Below, piece after piece: positions 9,048-19,222 of a stretch of 38,666 nt of DNA (the stretch's first letter is position 1; each line of letters begins with the position of its first letter). The notes below the pieces were generated by a model. That model did not search any database and was not told the DNA's origin. It saw only the letters and a program-made list of their open reading frames with translations. The stretch comes from Lachnospiraceae bacterium. GTDB lineage: Bacteria; Bacillota; Clostridia; Lachnospirales; Lachnospiraceae. The DNA is taken from positions 1 through 38,666 of the forward strand of contig JAFOYD010000131.1 in NCBI GenBank assembly GCA_017391545.1, in the 5' to 3' direction. The position numbers were made by a program, and so were the translations under genes.

Positions 9048-9500
9048 TTATCCTTTCAAAATCCCATTTATTTTATCCATCACGCTCTCCGTTTCCTCCA
9101 CGGATTTCACGGCTGCCATAATGGTATCATCCCCTGCGATACATCCGACGATTTCCGGAAATTTCATGGCATCCAGGGCTGCCGCAACTGCCATTGCCAT
9201 TCCCTGTACCGTTTTGATCACCAGTATATTCTGAGCCATCGCCATTGACACATAACCATCCCGCAATACGCGTATATATTTATCTCCAAGCTTTGAATCA
9301 TCATTTTGCAGTATGATATATTTCTGTCTGCCATTGCCTGCAGAAACTTTTGATAAATGAAGCTCCCTGATATCTCTTGATACAGTAGCCTGCGTCACGT
9401 CAAATCCTTCTTCCCGAAGATATGCTGCAAGCTCCTCCTGTGTCTCAATATCGTACTTATTGATCAGTTCTACGACTGCCTCATGTCTTTCTCTTTTCAT
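9048..9500 (-). CDS. argR: Arginine repressor
   Basis: TQEEL..L...GF.VTQATVSRDIREL, IVGCIAGDDTI. Confidence 0.97.
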   Translation of the reverse strand: MKRERHEAVVELINKYDIETQEELAAYLREEGFDVTQATVSRDIRELHLSKVSAGNGRQKYIILQNDDSKLGDKYIRVLRDGYVSMAMAQNILVIKTVQGMAMAVAAALDAMKFPEIVGCIAGDDTIMAAVKSVEETESVMDKINGILKG

Positions 9501-9540
9501 CTGCCATGCCTCTCAAATCCGTAACGATTCAGTCCCCTGC

Positions 9541-10350
9541 CTACATCCGCATCTTTCGATGCAGGATATCCAGGAAACTGACTTCACTCAATTTCATAAT
9601 CTTGATCACCTGATCAGAGCGTAAAATCCTGATTTTATCGCCCTCGTTGAGATCAACCGGGCACCTTCCATCAAAGCTGGCATTGACTTCCTGCTTCTCA
9701 CCAGGCTTATATTCCCCAATCTCTACATCGATCACATCTTCCTCTGATAAAATGATTGTCCTGTTATTTGCAAGTGTATGCGAACATACCGGAGTCATCA
9801 TGATCAGTCTCGCACTTGGCTCTACAATCGGGCCTCCTGCTGACAGATTATACGCCGTAGAGCCTGTAGGAGTAGAGATGATCATGCCATCTGCGCTATA
9901 TGTACTTAATAAACGCCCATTGACATAGATATTAAAATTGATGATCTGTAATGCACCCTTTCGATTGATGACGATATCATTTAGTGCGGTCTGTGGCGCA
10001 AGACATTCTCCCGCTATAACAGGAATACCACTAAGCATCATTCGCGGCTCGATCTCGTAACGGTCAGCAATCAGACTGTCAAGTGCCTGCTCAATGTCCT
10101 CCCTGTCGACTTCTGCCAGATATCCAAGAGTGCCAAGATTAACACCAATCATAGGAATATGATAAGACACATATTCCCTCGCAGCCTGCAACATCGTGCC
10201 ATCACCGCCAAGTACAATGATTCCCTCAACCTTGTCATTTACATGATCACTACAGATACAACCTTTCAACTGCAAATAATCACGTATTGTATGGGTCATC
10301 TTTCCCTTGTCATCTTTTGTATGATTTGTATAAATATAAAAATTTTTCAT
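9541..10350 (-). CDS. nadK: NAD(+) kinase
   Basis: LGGDGTML, GVNLGTLGYL, LNDIVI, DGMIISTPTGSTAYNLSAGGP. Confidence 0.96.
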   Translation of the reverse strand: MKNFYIYTNHTKDDKGKMTHTIRDYLQLKGCICSDHVNDKVEGIIVLGGDGTMLQAAREYVSYHIPMIGVNLGTLGYLAEVDREDIEQALDSLIADRYEIEPRMMLSGIPVIAGECLAPQTALNDIVINRKGALQIINFNIYVNGRLLSTYSADGMIISTPTGSTAYNLSAGGPIVEPSARLIMMTPVCSHTLANNRTIILSEEDVIDVEIGEYKPGEKQEVNASFDGRCPVDLNEGDKIRILRSDQVIKIMKLSEVSFLDILHRKMRM

Positions 10351-10371
10351 CTATGCTCCCATGTCTGTCCA

Positions 10372-11208
10372 TCAAACATCCAGCGTCTTATGCGCATTTG
10401 AGACCGTTTCTTCTATTAAAGCTGCATAATGCTCCTGAACATACGCTGCCGCATCAAAATCCTCAGCGACCGGTGATGACTTGCATATATGCATCAGATA
10501 CTCAATATTTCCTTCCGGTCCTCTGATCGGAGAAAACTCAAGATGCAGAATCTGAAACCCTTTTTCCAGCGTGAAGGTAAATACCTTTTCGATCACTTCA
10601 CGATGTACTGACGGATCTCTCACAACTCCTTTTTTGCCCACCTTATCCTTGCCCGCCTCAAACTGTGGTTTGATCAGGCATACCATCTGGGCATCTGCTT
10701 TCAACAGATTGTAAGCAGGACCAAGGATTTTATCAAGCGATATAAAGGACACGTCTACCGATGCAAAGTCCAACACATCCTCAATATCCTCCGGCACCAT
10801 ATACCTGAAGTTCGTCTTTTCCATACAGACAACGCGCTCATCATTTCGAAGCTTCCATGCGAGCTGTCCATGTCCCACATCAACAGAATACACTTTTACA
10901 GCCCCGTTTTGAAGCATACAGTCCGTAAATCCTCCCGTTGATGCACCAATGTCCATACATACTTTGCCTTCAAGCTGCACGCCAAACTGATTGACAGCCT
11001 TTTCAAGCTTCAGCCCCCCACGGCTGACATACTTTAACGTATTTCCTCTGACCTCAAGCTGTACCTTCGTCTCATCGAACATGGCACCCGCTTTGTCTTC
11101 CTTCTGATCATTTACATACACGCAGCCTGCCATAATGACAGCCTTCGCCTTCTCACGTGATTCAGCCAGTCCCTGCCTTACTAGCAGTACATCCAAGCGT
11201 TCCTTCAT
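10372..11208 (-). CDS. tlyA: TlyA-family rRNA 2'-O-methyltransferase
   Basis: S4 domain (RLDVLLV..GL..SR), YVSRGGLKL, DIGASTGGFTD, DVSFISL, LIKPQFE, SPIRG.EGNIEY. Confidence 0.96.
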   Translation of the reverse strand: MKERLDVLLVRQGLAESREKAKAVIMAGCVYVNDQKEDKAGAMFDETKVQLEVRGNTLKYVSRGGLKLEKAVNQFGVQLEGKVCMDIGASTGGFTDCMLQNGAVKVYSVDVGHGQLAWKLRNDERVVCMEKTNFRYMVPEDIEDVLDFASVDVSFISLDKILGPAYNLLKADAQMVCLIKPQFEAGKDKVGKKGVVRDPSVHREVIEKVFTFTLEKGFQILHLEFSPIRGPEGNIEYLMHICKSSPVAEDFDAAAYVQEHYAALIEETVSNAHKTLDV

Positions 11209-11233
11209 GCTTATATGCCTTTCCCTATCTGAT

Positions 11234-13090
11234 TTATTTCAAAGATTCCAGTATTTTGCGTTCGATTGTATCTGCGTCGATTCCAACTTCACGTCGCAAG
11301 ATGTCTACATTTCCATGTTCCACATATTCATCCGGGATATTGATACTAAGAAGCTTCACATCTGCCTCTTTGCTGTCCAGATACTCCCTTACTTTCTCAC
11401 CAAAGCCGCCGCTTGCCACATTTTCTTCCATCGTTACGATCAGTCTGTGACTTTCTGCTGCCTCGTCAAGAATTTCAGTATCAATCGGTTTCACAAAGCG
11501 GGCATTAATAATACTGCATGCATATCCCTTTTCAATCAGTTTTTCCCTGACGGAAAGTGCCGTCTTGACCATACTTCCAACTGCCACAAGCACTATAAAG
11601 CGTTCTTTATAAATCCACTCCGCCTTTCCAAACCGGATCGGTTCCCGGTGCTCACGAAGTCCATCATATGCCTCGCCTCTCGGGTATCGAAGTGCAATCG
11701 GACCCTGGAATGACACTGCAAACTTCAACATATCCGAAAGCTCCCATTTGTTCTTTGGTGCCATGATATGCATATTTGGTATCGACGATAAATAAGAAAG
11801 ATCAAATATTCCCTGATGCGTCTCACCATCACTTCCGACCAGACCAGCTCTGTCTATGGCAAACACCACCGGAAGGTTTTGAATACATACATCATGTAAA
11901 ATCTGGTCATATGCCCGCTGTAAAAAGGAAGAGTAAATTGCAACCACAGGTTTCATGCCTCCTGCTGCAAGTCCTGCTGCAAAAGTCACTGCATGTTCCT
12001 CGGCAATTCCCACATCAAAGAAACGATCAGGATACATATTGCGGAATCTTTTTAGTCCCGTACCATCAGGCATTGCTGCCGTTATCGCGACAATATCCTC
12101 GTATCTGTCACCAAGCTTACACATAACAGTGGAAAAAACATCTGTGTAAGTAGACTTCGTCTTTGGCGTCAGCGGCAGACCTGTCTCCACATCAAACGGC
12201 TCTGCACCATGAAATCTGGCAGGATGCTTTTCAGCAGGAGCAAAACCTTTTCCCTTTTGCGTAATGACATGCACAATAACTGCTGACTTGCATCGCTTCG
12301 CTTCCTTAAACACCTTAAGCATATCATTGATATTATGTCCATCCACAGGTCCCAGATAGGTAATCCCCATATCCTCAAAGAACATTCCCGGAATGACAAG
12401 CTGCTTTACAGAGCTTTTGGCTTTCCTGATACTTGAAACAATCGGTTCACCGATCCTCGACTCCATCAGTGAATTGTAGATTCCTTCCTTGATGTCCAGA
12501 TATTTGTCAGCCGTTCTGATATTGTTGAGGTATTTTGACACGCCGCCTACATTTTCTGAGATGGACATATTATTATCATTTAATACGATAATAAAATTTT
12601 TCTTCATGCGGGCAGCATTATTGAGTGCCTCATATGCCATACCACCTGTCAGGGAACCATCTCCGATCACTGAAACAATCGTGTGATTTTCATCTTTCAG
12701 ATCTCTTGCCTTTACAAGGCCAAGGCCTGCTGAAATCGATGTGGAACTGTGACCTGTATCAAAGCAGTCACAATCACTCTCTTTTCTCTTAGGAAATCCA
12801 CTCATTCCACCGTACTTTCTAAGATTCTCAAAACCTGATCTTCTGCCTGTGAGCAGCTTGTGCGTATAGGACTGATGTCCCACATCCCACACAATCTTAT
12901 CCTCCGGAAGATTCAGACTCAGATGCAGTGCCATCGTCAGTTCCACAGCTCCAAGATTTGAGCCGAGATGTCCTCCTGTAACACTGATCTTATGGATCAG
13001 AAATTCCCTGATTTCCTCTGCCAGCAGATTCCAATCCTCTGGTGGTACGTTCTTTATATCATTCTCTTTCTCGATTGTCTCCAATATCAT
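11234..13090 (-). CDS. dxs: 1-deoxy-D-xylulose-5-phosphate synthase
   Basis: GGHLGSNLG, WDVGHQSY.HK, ThDP motif GDGSLTGGMAYEALNN..LNDN, DVGIAEEHA, DRAGLVGSDGETHQG. Confidence 0.98.
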   Translation of the reverse strand: MILETIEKENDIKNVPPEDWNLLAEEIREFLIHKISVTGGHLGSNLGAVELTMALHLSLNLPEDKIVWDVGHQSYTHKLLTGRRSGFENLRKYGGMSGFPKRKESDCDCFDTGHSSTSISAGLGLVKARDLKDENHTIVSVIGDGSLTGGMAYEALNNAARMKKNFIIVLNDNNMSISENVGGVSKYLNNIRTADKYLDIKEGIYNSLMESRIGEPIVSSIRKAKSSVKQLVIPGMFFEDMGITYLGPVDGHNINDMLKVFKEAKRCKSAVIVHVITQKGKGFAPAEKHPARFHGAEPFDVETGLPLTPKTKSTYTDVFSTVMCKLGDRYEDIVAITAAMPDGTGLKRFRNMYPDRFFDVGIAEEHAVTFAAGLAAGGMKPVVAIYSSFLQRAYDQILHDVCIQNLPVVFAIDRAGLVGSDGETHQGIFDLSYLSSIPNMHIMAPKNKWELSDMLKFAVSFQGPIALRYPRGEAYDGLREHREPIRFGKAEWIYKERFIVLVAVGSMVKTALSVREKLIEKGYACSIINARFVKPIDTEILDEAAESHRLIVTMEENVASGGFGEKVREYLDSKEADVKLLSINIPDEYVEHGNVDILRREVGIDADTIERKILESLK

Positions 13091-13110
13091 AGCATAAGCT
13101 CCTTTACAGG

Positions 13111-14016
13111 CTATTTGATGCGTGTTATCAGGCTGCGAATAAGCTCCATGAGAAATTCATTCTGAAAGCCTTTCTCTCCCAATGATTCCAAAAGTTCGAT
13201 GGCATGGTTCGACAGCTCTCTCTGTTCTTTGGATGCTTCCTCAATTCCCTTTAGAATCACATATGTAGTCTTGTTATTCTTTTCATCACTTCCAACAGGT
13301 TTTCCAAGCGTCTCAAGGTTACTTGTCACATCAAGGATATCGTCCTGTATCTGAAATGCAACACCAATCTCATATGCCGCCTTTTCTACCAGAGCGATCT
13401 GCTCCTCATCTGCTCCTGCAAGCACTGCACCAATCATCATGGAAGCCTGAATCAATGCTGCCGTCTTATGCTCATGGATAAAAAGCAGATGTTCTTCTGT
13501 AACCTTGTCTCCAAGATTTTCTGCTTCGATATCTGCGGTCTGTCCCCCGATCATACCATAAATTCCTGCTTTCTTTGCAAGAATTGACAATGCCTTTGCC
13601 TTTTTGTCTGCATCACCATCTGGCAGCTCAAAAGCCTTTAGTGCAGTCTCAAAAGCATAATTTAACAGACCGTCACCCGCAAGGATTGCCATTGCCTCAC
13701 CGTATTCTACCCATGTTGTCTTCCTGCCCCTGCGGTACTCGTCATTGTCCATTGCAGGAAGATCGTCATGCACAAGGGAATAGGTGTGTATCATCTCAAT
13801 AGCTGCCATAAACGGCTCGACCAGTCTGCCTTCACCGCCAAAAAGCCGGTAGGTCTCTGCCATCAGCATTGGTCTGAGTCGCTTTCCACCTGCATTGACG
13901 CTATAATTCATGGCATCAATCACCGTTTTTGCCCATCCTTCTCCTTTTGGAAGGTAGGTACTGATTACTGCCTCTGTCTCTTTTACTTTTTTATTTAATT
14001 TCTCATCAAAACTCAT
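13111..14016 (-). CDS. ispA: Farnesyl diphosphate synthase / geranyltranstransferase
   Basis: GGKRLRP, FARM SLVHDDLPAMDND..RRG, SARM FQIQDDILD. Confidence 0.96.
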   Translation of the reverse strand: MSFDEKLNKKVKETEAVISTYLPKGEGWAKTVIDAMNYSVNAGGKRLRPMLMAETYRLFGGEGRLVEPFMAAIEMIHTYSLVHDDLPAMDNDEYRRGRKTTWVEYGEAMAILAGDGLLNYAFETALKAFELPDGDADKKAKALSILAKKAGIYGMIGGQTADIEAENLGDKVTEEHLLFIHEHKTAALIQASMMIGAVLAGADEEQIALVEKAAYEIGVAFQIQDDILDVTSNLETLGKPVGSDEKNNKTTYVILKGIEEASKEQRELSNHAIELLESLGEKGFQNEFLMELIRSLITRIK

Positions 14017-14212
14017 TCAGCTCACCATTTTCATTTAATTTGAGCACTTCCTTCTCAACCTTGTCAATCCTGTCATTACAGGATTTGATCAGTTTCATGC
14101 CCTCTTTGTACAATCGAAAGGATTCCTCAAGTGAGAGATCCTCCTGTTCCAATTTACCAATCGTCTCCTCAAGCTTTTCAAAAGTCTGCTCAAGTGTCTG
14201 TTCCTTCGCCAT
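14006..14212 (-). CDS. xseB: Exodeoxyribonuclease VII small subunit
   Basis: LE....LEE....LE..DLSLEES..LY.EG..L...C; lies between xseA and ispA. Confidence 0.95.
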   Translation of the reverse strand: MAKEQTLEQTFEKLEETIGKLEQEDLSLEESFRLYKEGMKLIKSCNDRIDKVEKEVLKLNENGELNEF

Positions 14213-15416
14213 ACGCTCCCTCCATCACCTTTTTCGCTCTTGCCTGTATGGTACCGTTTTTCACATAGATCTGAAGCATGTCATCCGGCTTGACCTGATT
14301 GACATCATTGATGACCTTATGATCAGCATCCTCAACATATGCATACCCCTGGCTCAGCTTATCCAATGGGGACAGCCCCTTTAATTTTTCAGCATACAGC
14401 GCCATCCTGTGCTTTTGTTTTGTAAGGATGACATTCATCCTTGTATCAAGTCTTCCTTCTAGGTCCATACAATACGTTCGCTTCTGCTGAATCTGATTTA
14501 CAGGACTAAGATACTTTACCTTTAATGTCAGATTTTCAAGCCTGTTCCTGTGTCGTCCAAGCTGTCCATCAAGCGCATGCTTTAGCGTTGACTGATAGAG
14601 ATCAAGCCGTTCCAGAAACTGTCCAAAATCATAGACTGCCAGCTCTGCTGCCGCCGAAGGCGTTGGAGCCCGAAGATCGGCAACAAAATCAATAATCGTC
14701 GTGTCTGTCTCATGCCCCACTGCTGAGATAATCGGAATACTGCAGTCAAAAACTGCCTGTGCCACAGCCTCCTCATTAAATGCCCACAAATCCTCAATGG
14801 AACCGCCACCACGCCCTACGATCATCACATCAACGCCAAGCTGCTCCAGCGCATGAATACCATTGACAATGCTCTCTACTGCCTGATTCCCCTGCACAAT
14901 TGCAGGATACAAGATAATCTGAATGTACGGATTACGCCGCGTAGCGATATTGATGATGTCCCGGACTGCTGCACCTGTAGGTGCTGTAACCACCCCAAGC
15001 GTCTTAATATACTTTGGAATCGGCTGTTTATACTCCTGTGCAAACATTCCCATCTCCTCAAGTTCGCGCTTCAGGCGGTCAAACTTCTCATATAGAATAC
15101 CAGCTCCGTCGAGGGTAATCTGTTTGGCATAAAGCTGGTATTTTCCATCTCTTTCGTATACGTCAACCGTACCGCCAACCACGACCATCTGCCCCTCCTC
15201 CAATCGGAAGGAGAGTCCGGTGCGGTTGCCGGCAAACATAACACAGGATATGATTCCCTTTTCATCCTTTAACGTAAAATAAATATGCCCTGACGAATGG
15301 TATTTACAATTACTTACCTCTCCCTTCACAAAAACGGACCTCAGCATGTAGTCCTGAGTGAACATGTTTTTAATATAGGAGTTGATCTGGGCAACCGTGT
15401 AGACATTCTGCTTCAC
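14190..15416 (-). CDS. xseA: Exodeoxyribonuclease VII large subunit
   Basis: GEVSN...HSSGHIYFTLKD, GRGGGSIEDLWAFN, SAVGHETD, TPSAAAE. GTG 15416 chosen on SD spacing (TTG 15419 is the alternative). Confidence 0.97.
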   Translation of the reverse strand: MKQNVYTVAQINSYIKNMFTQDYMLRSVFVKGEVSNCKYHSSGHIYFTLKDEKGIISCVMFAGNRTGLSFRLEEGQMVVVGGTVDVYERDGKYQLYAKQITLDGAGILYEKFDRLKRELEEMGMFAQEYKQPIPKYIKTLGVVTAPTGAAVRDIINIATRRNPYIQIILYPAIVQGNQAVESIVNGIHALEQLGVDVMIVGRGGGSIEDLWAFNEEAVAQAVFDCSIPIISAVGHETDTTIIDFVADLRAPTPSAAAELAVYDFGQFLERLDLYQSTLKHALDGQLGRHRNRLENLTLKVKYLSPVNQIQQKRTYCMDLEGRLDTRMNVILTKQKHRMALYAEKLKGLSPLDKLSQGYAYVEDADHKVINDVNQVKPDDMLQIYVKNGTIQARAKKVMEGAYGEGTDT

Positions 15417-15431
15417 CAATATGCCTCCATA

Positions 15432-15842
15432 TTAATTTGCAAATTTTGCGAGCACTCCATTTACAAATCCAGAGGATTCCTCCTGCCCAAACTTCTTGGC
15501 AAGTTCAACTGCCTCATTGATTGCTACCCCTGTCGGTACATCCTCATCAAAAACGATCTCGTATACTGCAAGCCGCAATATGGTAAGATCCACTTTTCCC
15601 ATTCTCTGGGTTGTCCAACCCTTTGCCTGCTTGTTGATCATCTCATCGATCTCATCAAGTTTTTCTATGATCTTCCTGCTTTTTTCAGAGATATACGCAG
15701 CATCTGCCTCCTTGATGTCCTGTTCCTCCAGCGCAAAATTTTCAAAGAAGAACTGCTCCTGTTCCTGCATCTCCTCTGTGTCATTAAATTCTACTCTGAA
15801 TATAAATTTAAAAATCTGTTCCCTAAGCTCTCTTCTGCTCAT
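15432..15842 (-). CDS. nusB: Transcription antitermination factor NusB
   Basis: MSRRELRE, ILRLAVYEI, VAINEAVELAKKFG, FVNGVL. Confidence 0.97.
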   Translation of the reverse strand: MSRRELREQIFKFIFRVEFNDTEEMQEQEQFFFENFALEEQDIKEADAAYISEKSRKIIEKLDEIDEMINKQAKGWTTQRMGKVDLTILRLAVYEIVFDEDVPTGVAINEAVELAKKFGQEESSGFVNGVLAKFAN

Positions 15843-15861
15843 CTTCTTTTTCTTTTCCTTT

Positions 15862-16245
15862 TTATTTATCCTCTGGCATCTTTACGCCTACAATTCTAAT
15901 ATTAACATCAGATACTGTGAAGCCTGTCATTGTCTCAATCGCATTTTTTACCTTTTCCTGCACTTTATTGCAGGTAGTTGGAATGTTAAAGCCGTATTCA
16001 AGCGTCACTGCCAGCTCAACAGAAACATTTCCATCAAGGATATCGATCTTCACGCCCTTTGTCTGTTTCTTCATGCCGACCTTGCCCATCAGCTCATTTG
16101 TGATATTTCCCACCATGGCACTTACACCTTCCACCTCGGTGGCTGCTAATCCTGCGATCATTGCTACCACATCATTTGCGATCTTTACCGTTCCAAATTC
16201 CTCCGTATCGACCCTGTATCCATTCTTTTCCAGTTCTTTTTCCAT
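15862..16245 (-). CDS. Asp23/Gls24-family protein (YqhY-like)
   Basis: GTVKIANDVVAMIAGLAATEVEGV, VQEKVKNAIETMTG.TV..VNI; SD AGGAGG supports ATG 16245; directly upstream of nusB. Confidence 0.93.
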   Translation of the reverse strand: MEKELEKNGYRVDTEEFGTVKIANDVVAMIAGLAATEVEGVSAMVGNITNELMGKVGMKKQTKGVKIDILDGNVSVELAVTLEYGFNIPTTCNKVQEKVKNAIETMTGFTVSDVNIRIVGVKMPEDK

Positions 16246-16296
16246 GGAATTAACCCTCCTGTTTTTCAATCGTAATATCTCGACCATATTTCTATT

Positions 16297-16325
16297 ATTA
16301 TACCAAAAGACCTTAATTTTGCCTA
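16297..16325 (-). promoter_or_regulatory. SigA promoter of the asp23-nusB-...-recN run
   Basis: TAGGCA (16325-16320), 17 bp spacer, extended -10 TG-G-TATAAT (16302-16297). Confidence 0.6.
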
Positions 16326-16332
16326 GTAGATA

Positions 16333-17580
16333 TTAATATATGTTCCAAAAACTGATGATTCTCTGTTCCTCATTTACCGTGTAGGATATGCTGGATCCCT
16401 GCTTGTCTATGAAATCAAAGATTTTCTGGGAATCAACCAGCGTACTTAGCATCTGCTCATAGTTTTCCCTTCCTGCACTCTTAATCGTCACATAATTCTT
16501 TGACTTTGCCTCTTCACTTCCAAAAATCTGCATAAGCTGTTGCTCATCATAGTCTGTGAACAGTAGTCCCTCACGCACAAAATAGTTATCCTCTGTTGCT
16601 GTACACTTGGGAAGTTTTACAACTTTTTCAAAGGAATGTGTTCTCGTCATTTCATCTTCCGTCACCAGAAAATAATCATAATTGATCGCCGGTGCAAAGC
16701 CTTCCTGTGCTGTCGCCGCTCCATGGTACGTATATGACGCATCTCCCCAGGTAGGATCAAGATAATAATAGTTGCCATCTACCCTGACCAGATTCCATGC
16801 ATGTCTCTCGCCATTTGTAAAGCCTGTCACCAACAGACACGGGATGTCGGCTCTCTGAAGCATATACTGCATCGCCTTGGCATATCCCTGACACACGGAT
16901 CGTCCCCGTATGAACACAGAGCAGATATTTTGATTGTCCTGCACATTTTTATCATATTCCGTATTGTTGATCAGCCACTCATACAGATATTTTACGGTAC
17001 TGTACTCATCCTCATTCAGTGGCACATGAAGAAAGCAGTCCTTAATTTTCTGCTCAATCAGAAGCTTATTGTAGTCGACCTCTACATCCGTCATGGAATA
17101 CGTTCCACTAAACGTCAAGCTCGTTACGGAACCGCCATAAGTGTACTCTGTATACTGATAGCCTTCCACATAGAAAAGCTCCGGGTGGTCATTCATTACA
17201 CATGCAAATATCCTGTCAAGCACATTCTTGTCCAATGTTGAGACCTTTGTGTTTGTCTCCAGATTGGTAAGAGCGTCCAATACCTCCTGATAAATCTGCT
17301 GTTCATTTGGCTCTAGTGTGTGATATGCATAATAGACGTCCGACACCTTTTTTAGTTTTGGCTTGTTTTGCTCACTGTTCTGCGACGTTCCCGATTCCTG
17401 CAGATTACTCGGCTGCGCAGGGCTTTCCGGCATATACGGCCTTGTCTCACTCGGGGTTGTCTCGCTCTGTCCTGTCTCTTCCTGCGTAAAATACGGCACC
17501 TTTTCCTGCACAGAGCAGCCCTGTGCCAGCATTGCTGTGCCAGCAATCAATACTGCCCATAAAATCATTCTTTTTTTCAT
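16333..17580 (-). CDS. Transglutaminase-like (Cys-His-Asp) lipoprotein
   Basis: Lipobox AQGC; S/P/Q/E-rich linker; DHPELFYV; SVCQGYAKA (Cys), HAWNLV (His), YLDPTW (Asp). TTG 17583 is an alternative start. Confidence 0.88.
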   Translation of the reverse strand: MKKRMILWAVLIAGTAMLAQGCSVQEKVPYFTQEETGQSETTPSETRPYMPESPAQPSNLQESGTSQNSEQNKPKLKKVSDVYYAYHTLEPNEQQIYQEVLDALTNLETNTKVSTLDKNVLDRIFACVMNDHPELFYVEGYQYTEYTYGGSVTSLTFSGTYSMTDVEVDYNKLLIEQKIKDCFLHVPLNEDEYSTVKYLYEWLINNTEYDKNVQDNQNICSVFIRGRSVCQGYAKAMQYMLQRADIPCLLVTGFTNGERHAWNLVRVDGNYYYLDPTWGDASYTYHGAATAQEGFAPAINYDYFLVTEDEMTRTHSFEKVVKLPKCTATEDNYFVREGLLFTDYDEQQLMQIFGSEEAKSKNYVTIKSAGRENYEQMLSTLVDSQKIFDFIDKQGSSISYTVNEEQRIISFWNIY

Positions 17581-17594
17581 CAAATACTACACCT

Positions 17595-19190
17595 TTAATT
17601 TCTACCAAACTCTGAAAGCACCAGTCCCTTATTTCTGTCGACAGTCATGCCAATGCTCCACTGATTAATGAACAGAAGCAGCGGATTGCCCTTAAGATCC
17701 TGTATCTTCTTCATGTCTGAGGTGCCTGAAAGCTTGTTCAAGTCAATTTCGTCCTTATTTTCGATCCAACGGATATACTCATATGGAAGTGGCTCGAGCT
17801 TAATCTCAACATTATACTCATTTTCGAGACGATATTTCAGGACGTCGAACTGCAGTACACCTACGACACCTACGATGATTTCCTCCATACCGGTGTTGAA
17901 CTCCTGGAAAATCTGAATCGCACCTTCCTGCGCGATCTGGTTGACACCTTTTATGAACTGCTTTCTTTTCATCGTATCGATCTGTCTTACCCTTGCAAAA
18001 TGCTCCGGTGCAAAGGTCGGAATACCCTCATAGCAAATATTGTTCTTTGGTGCACAGACCGTATCCCCGATGGAAAAAATACCCGGGTCAAAAACACCGA
18101 TAATATCGCCCGCATATGCCTCGCTCAGTATTTTTCGCTCATCCGCCATGATCTGCTGCGGCTGTGAAAGACGCATTACTTTGCCGCCCTGTACATGTTT
18201 CACTTCTTCACCTGCATCGAATTTACCGGAACAGATTCGCATGAATGCAACCCTGTCGCGGTGTGCTTTATTCATGTTTGCCTGGATTTTGAAAACAAAG
18301 GCCGAAAAATCATTGTTTACAGGATCAATGCTCTCGCCCTGGGACACACGCGGAAGTGGCGGTGTCGCCATTTTTAGGAAATTCTGTAAAAATACCTCCA
18401 CGCCAAAATTCGTAAGTGCCGATCCGAAAAATACAGGTGTAAGCTTTCCCCTTCTGACCTGTTCAATGTCAAACTCTGCACTTGCACCGTCAAGCAGGTC
18501 GATTTCATCGCGCAGCGTCGAGAGCGCTTCATCACCAAGCTCATTAAGCAGTGACGCCTCGTCATCCATCGAAATGACGGTTGTCTCACCTTCCTTTGTA
18601 CCCTTCTGCGTATCAGAAAATGTCAGCACATGATTCTCATGCCTGTCATACACACCCTTAAAACGTTTTCCTGAACCAATCGGCCAGTTTACAGGGCAAG
18701 TCGCGATTCCAAGCTCCTTCTCGATCTCATCAAGCAGTTCAAAAGTATCATTTGCATCCCTGTCCATCTTGTTAATAAAGGTAAAAATCGGAATTCCTCT
18801 CATACCACAGACCTTGAACAGTTTCCTTGTCTGTGCCTCAACACCCTTTGATGCATCAATGACCATGACTGCCGAATCAGCAGCCATCAGTGTTCTGTAG
18901 GTATCCTCCGAGAAATCCTGATGTCCCGGTGTATCCAGAATATTAATGCAATAACCATCATAGTTGAACTGTAAAACGGAGGATGTAACAGAGATACCTC
19001 TCTCCTTTTCTATCTCCATCCAGTCAGACACTGCATGTCTTGCAGTTGCCTTTCCTTTTACGCTTCCGGCAAGATTGATGGCTCCTCCATATAGCAAAAA
19101 TTTCTCTGTAAGAGTCGTCTTACCCGCATCGGGATGCGATATAATGGCAAAAGTTCTCCTCTTGTTAATTTCCTCTGCAATATTACTCAC
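17595..19190 (-). CDS. prfC: Peptide chain release factor 3
   Basis: RRTFAIISHPDAGKTTLTEK, SDWMEIEKERGIS, DTPGHQDFSEDTYR, FKIQANM...HRDR; GTG start with SD GGAGG. Confidence 0.98.
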   Translation of the reverse strand: MSNIAEEINKRRTFAIISHPDAGKTTLTEKFLLYGGAINLAGSVKGKATARHAVSDWMEIEKERGISVTSSVLQFNYDGYCINILDTPGHQDFSEDTYRTLMAADSAVMVIDASKGVEAQTRKLFKVCGMRGIPIFTFINKMDRDANDTFELLDEIEKELGIATCPVNWPIGSGKRFKGVYDRHENHVLTFSDTQKGTKEGETTVISMDDEASLLNELGDEALSTLRDEIDLLDGASAEFDIEQVRRGKLTPVFFGSALTNFGVEVFLQNFLKMATPPLPRVSQGESIDPVNNDFSAFVFKIQANMNKAHRDRVAFMRICSGKFDAGEEVKHVQGGKVMRLSQPQQIMADERKILSEAYAGDIIGVFDPGIFSIGDTVCAPKNNICYEGIPTFAPEHFARVRQIDTMKRKQFIKGVNQIAQEGAIQIFQEFNTGMEEIIVGVVGVLQFDVLKYRLENEYNVEIKLEPLPYEYIRWIENKDEIDLNKLSGTSDMKKIQDLKGNPLLLFINQWSIGMTVDRNKGLVLSEFGRN

Positions 19191-19222
19191 TTGTATATCC
19201 TCCGTTTATTCATTATTAACCT

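Noticed and set aside
15420-15431. Absence of folD between nusB and xseA
   Set aside because: Only a 12-15 bp gap with no scar; gene relocation of this kind is ordinary.
15297-16336. Long plus-strand ORFs (200, 217, 139 aa) opposite xseA/nusB/asp23
   Set aside because: Antisense to well-conserved genes; composition typical of shadow frames; no recognisable motifs.
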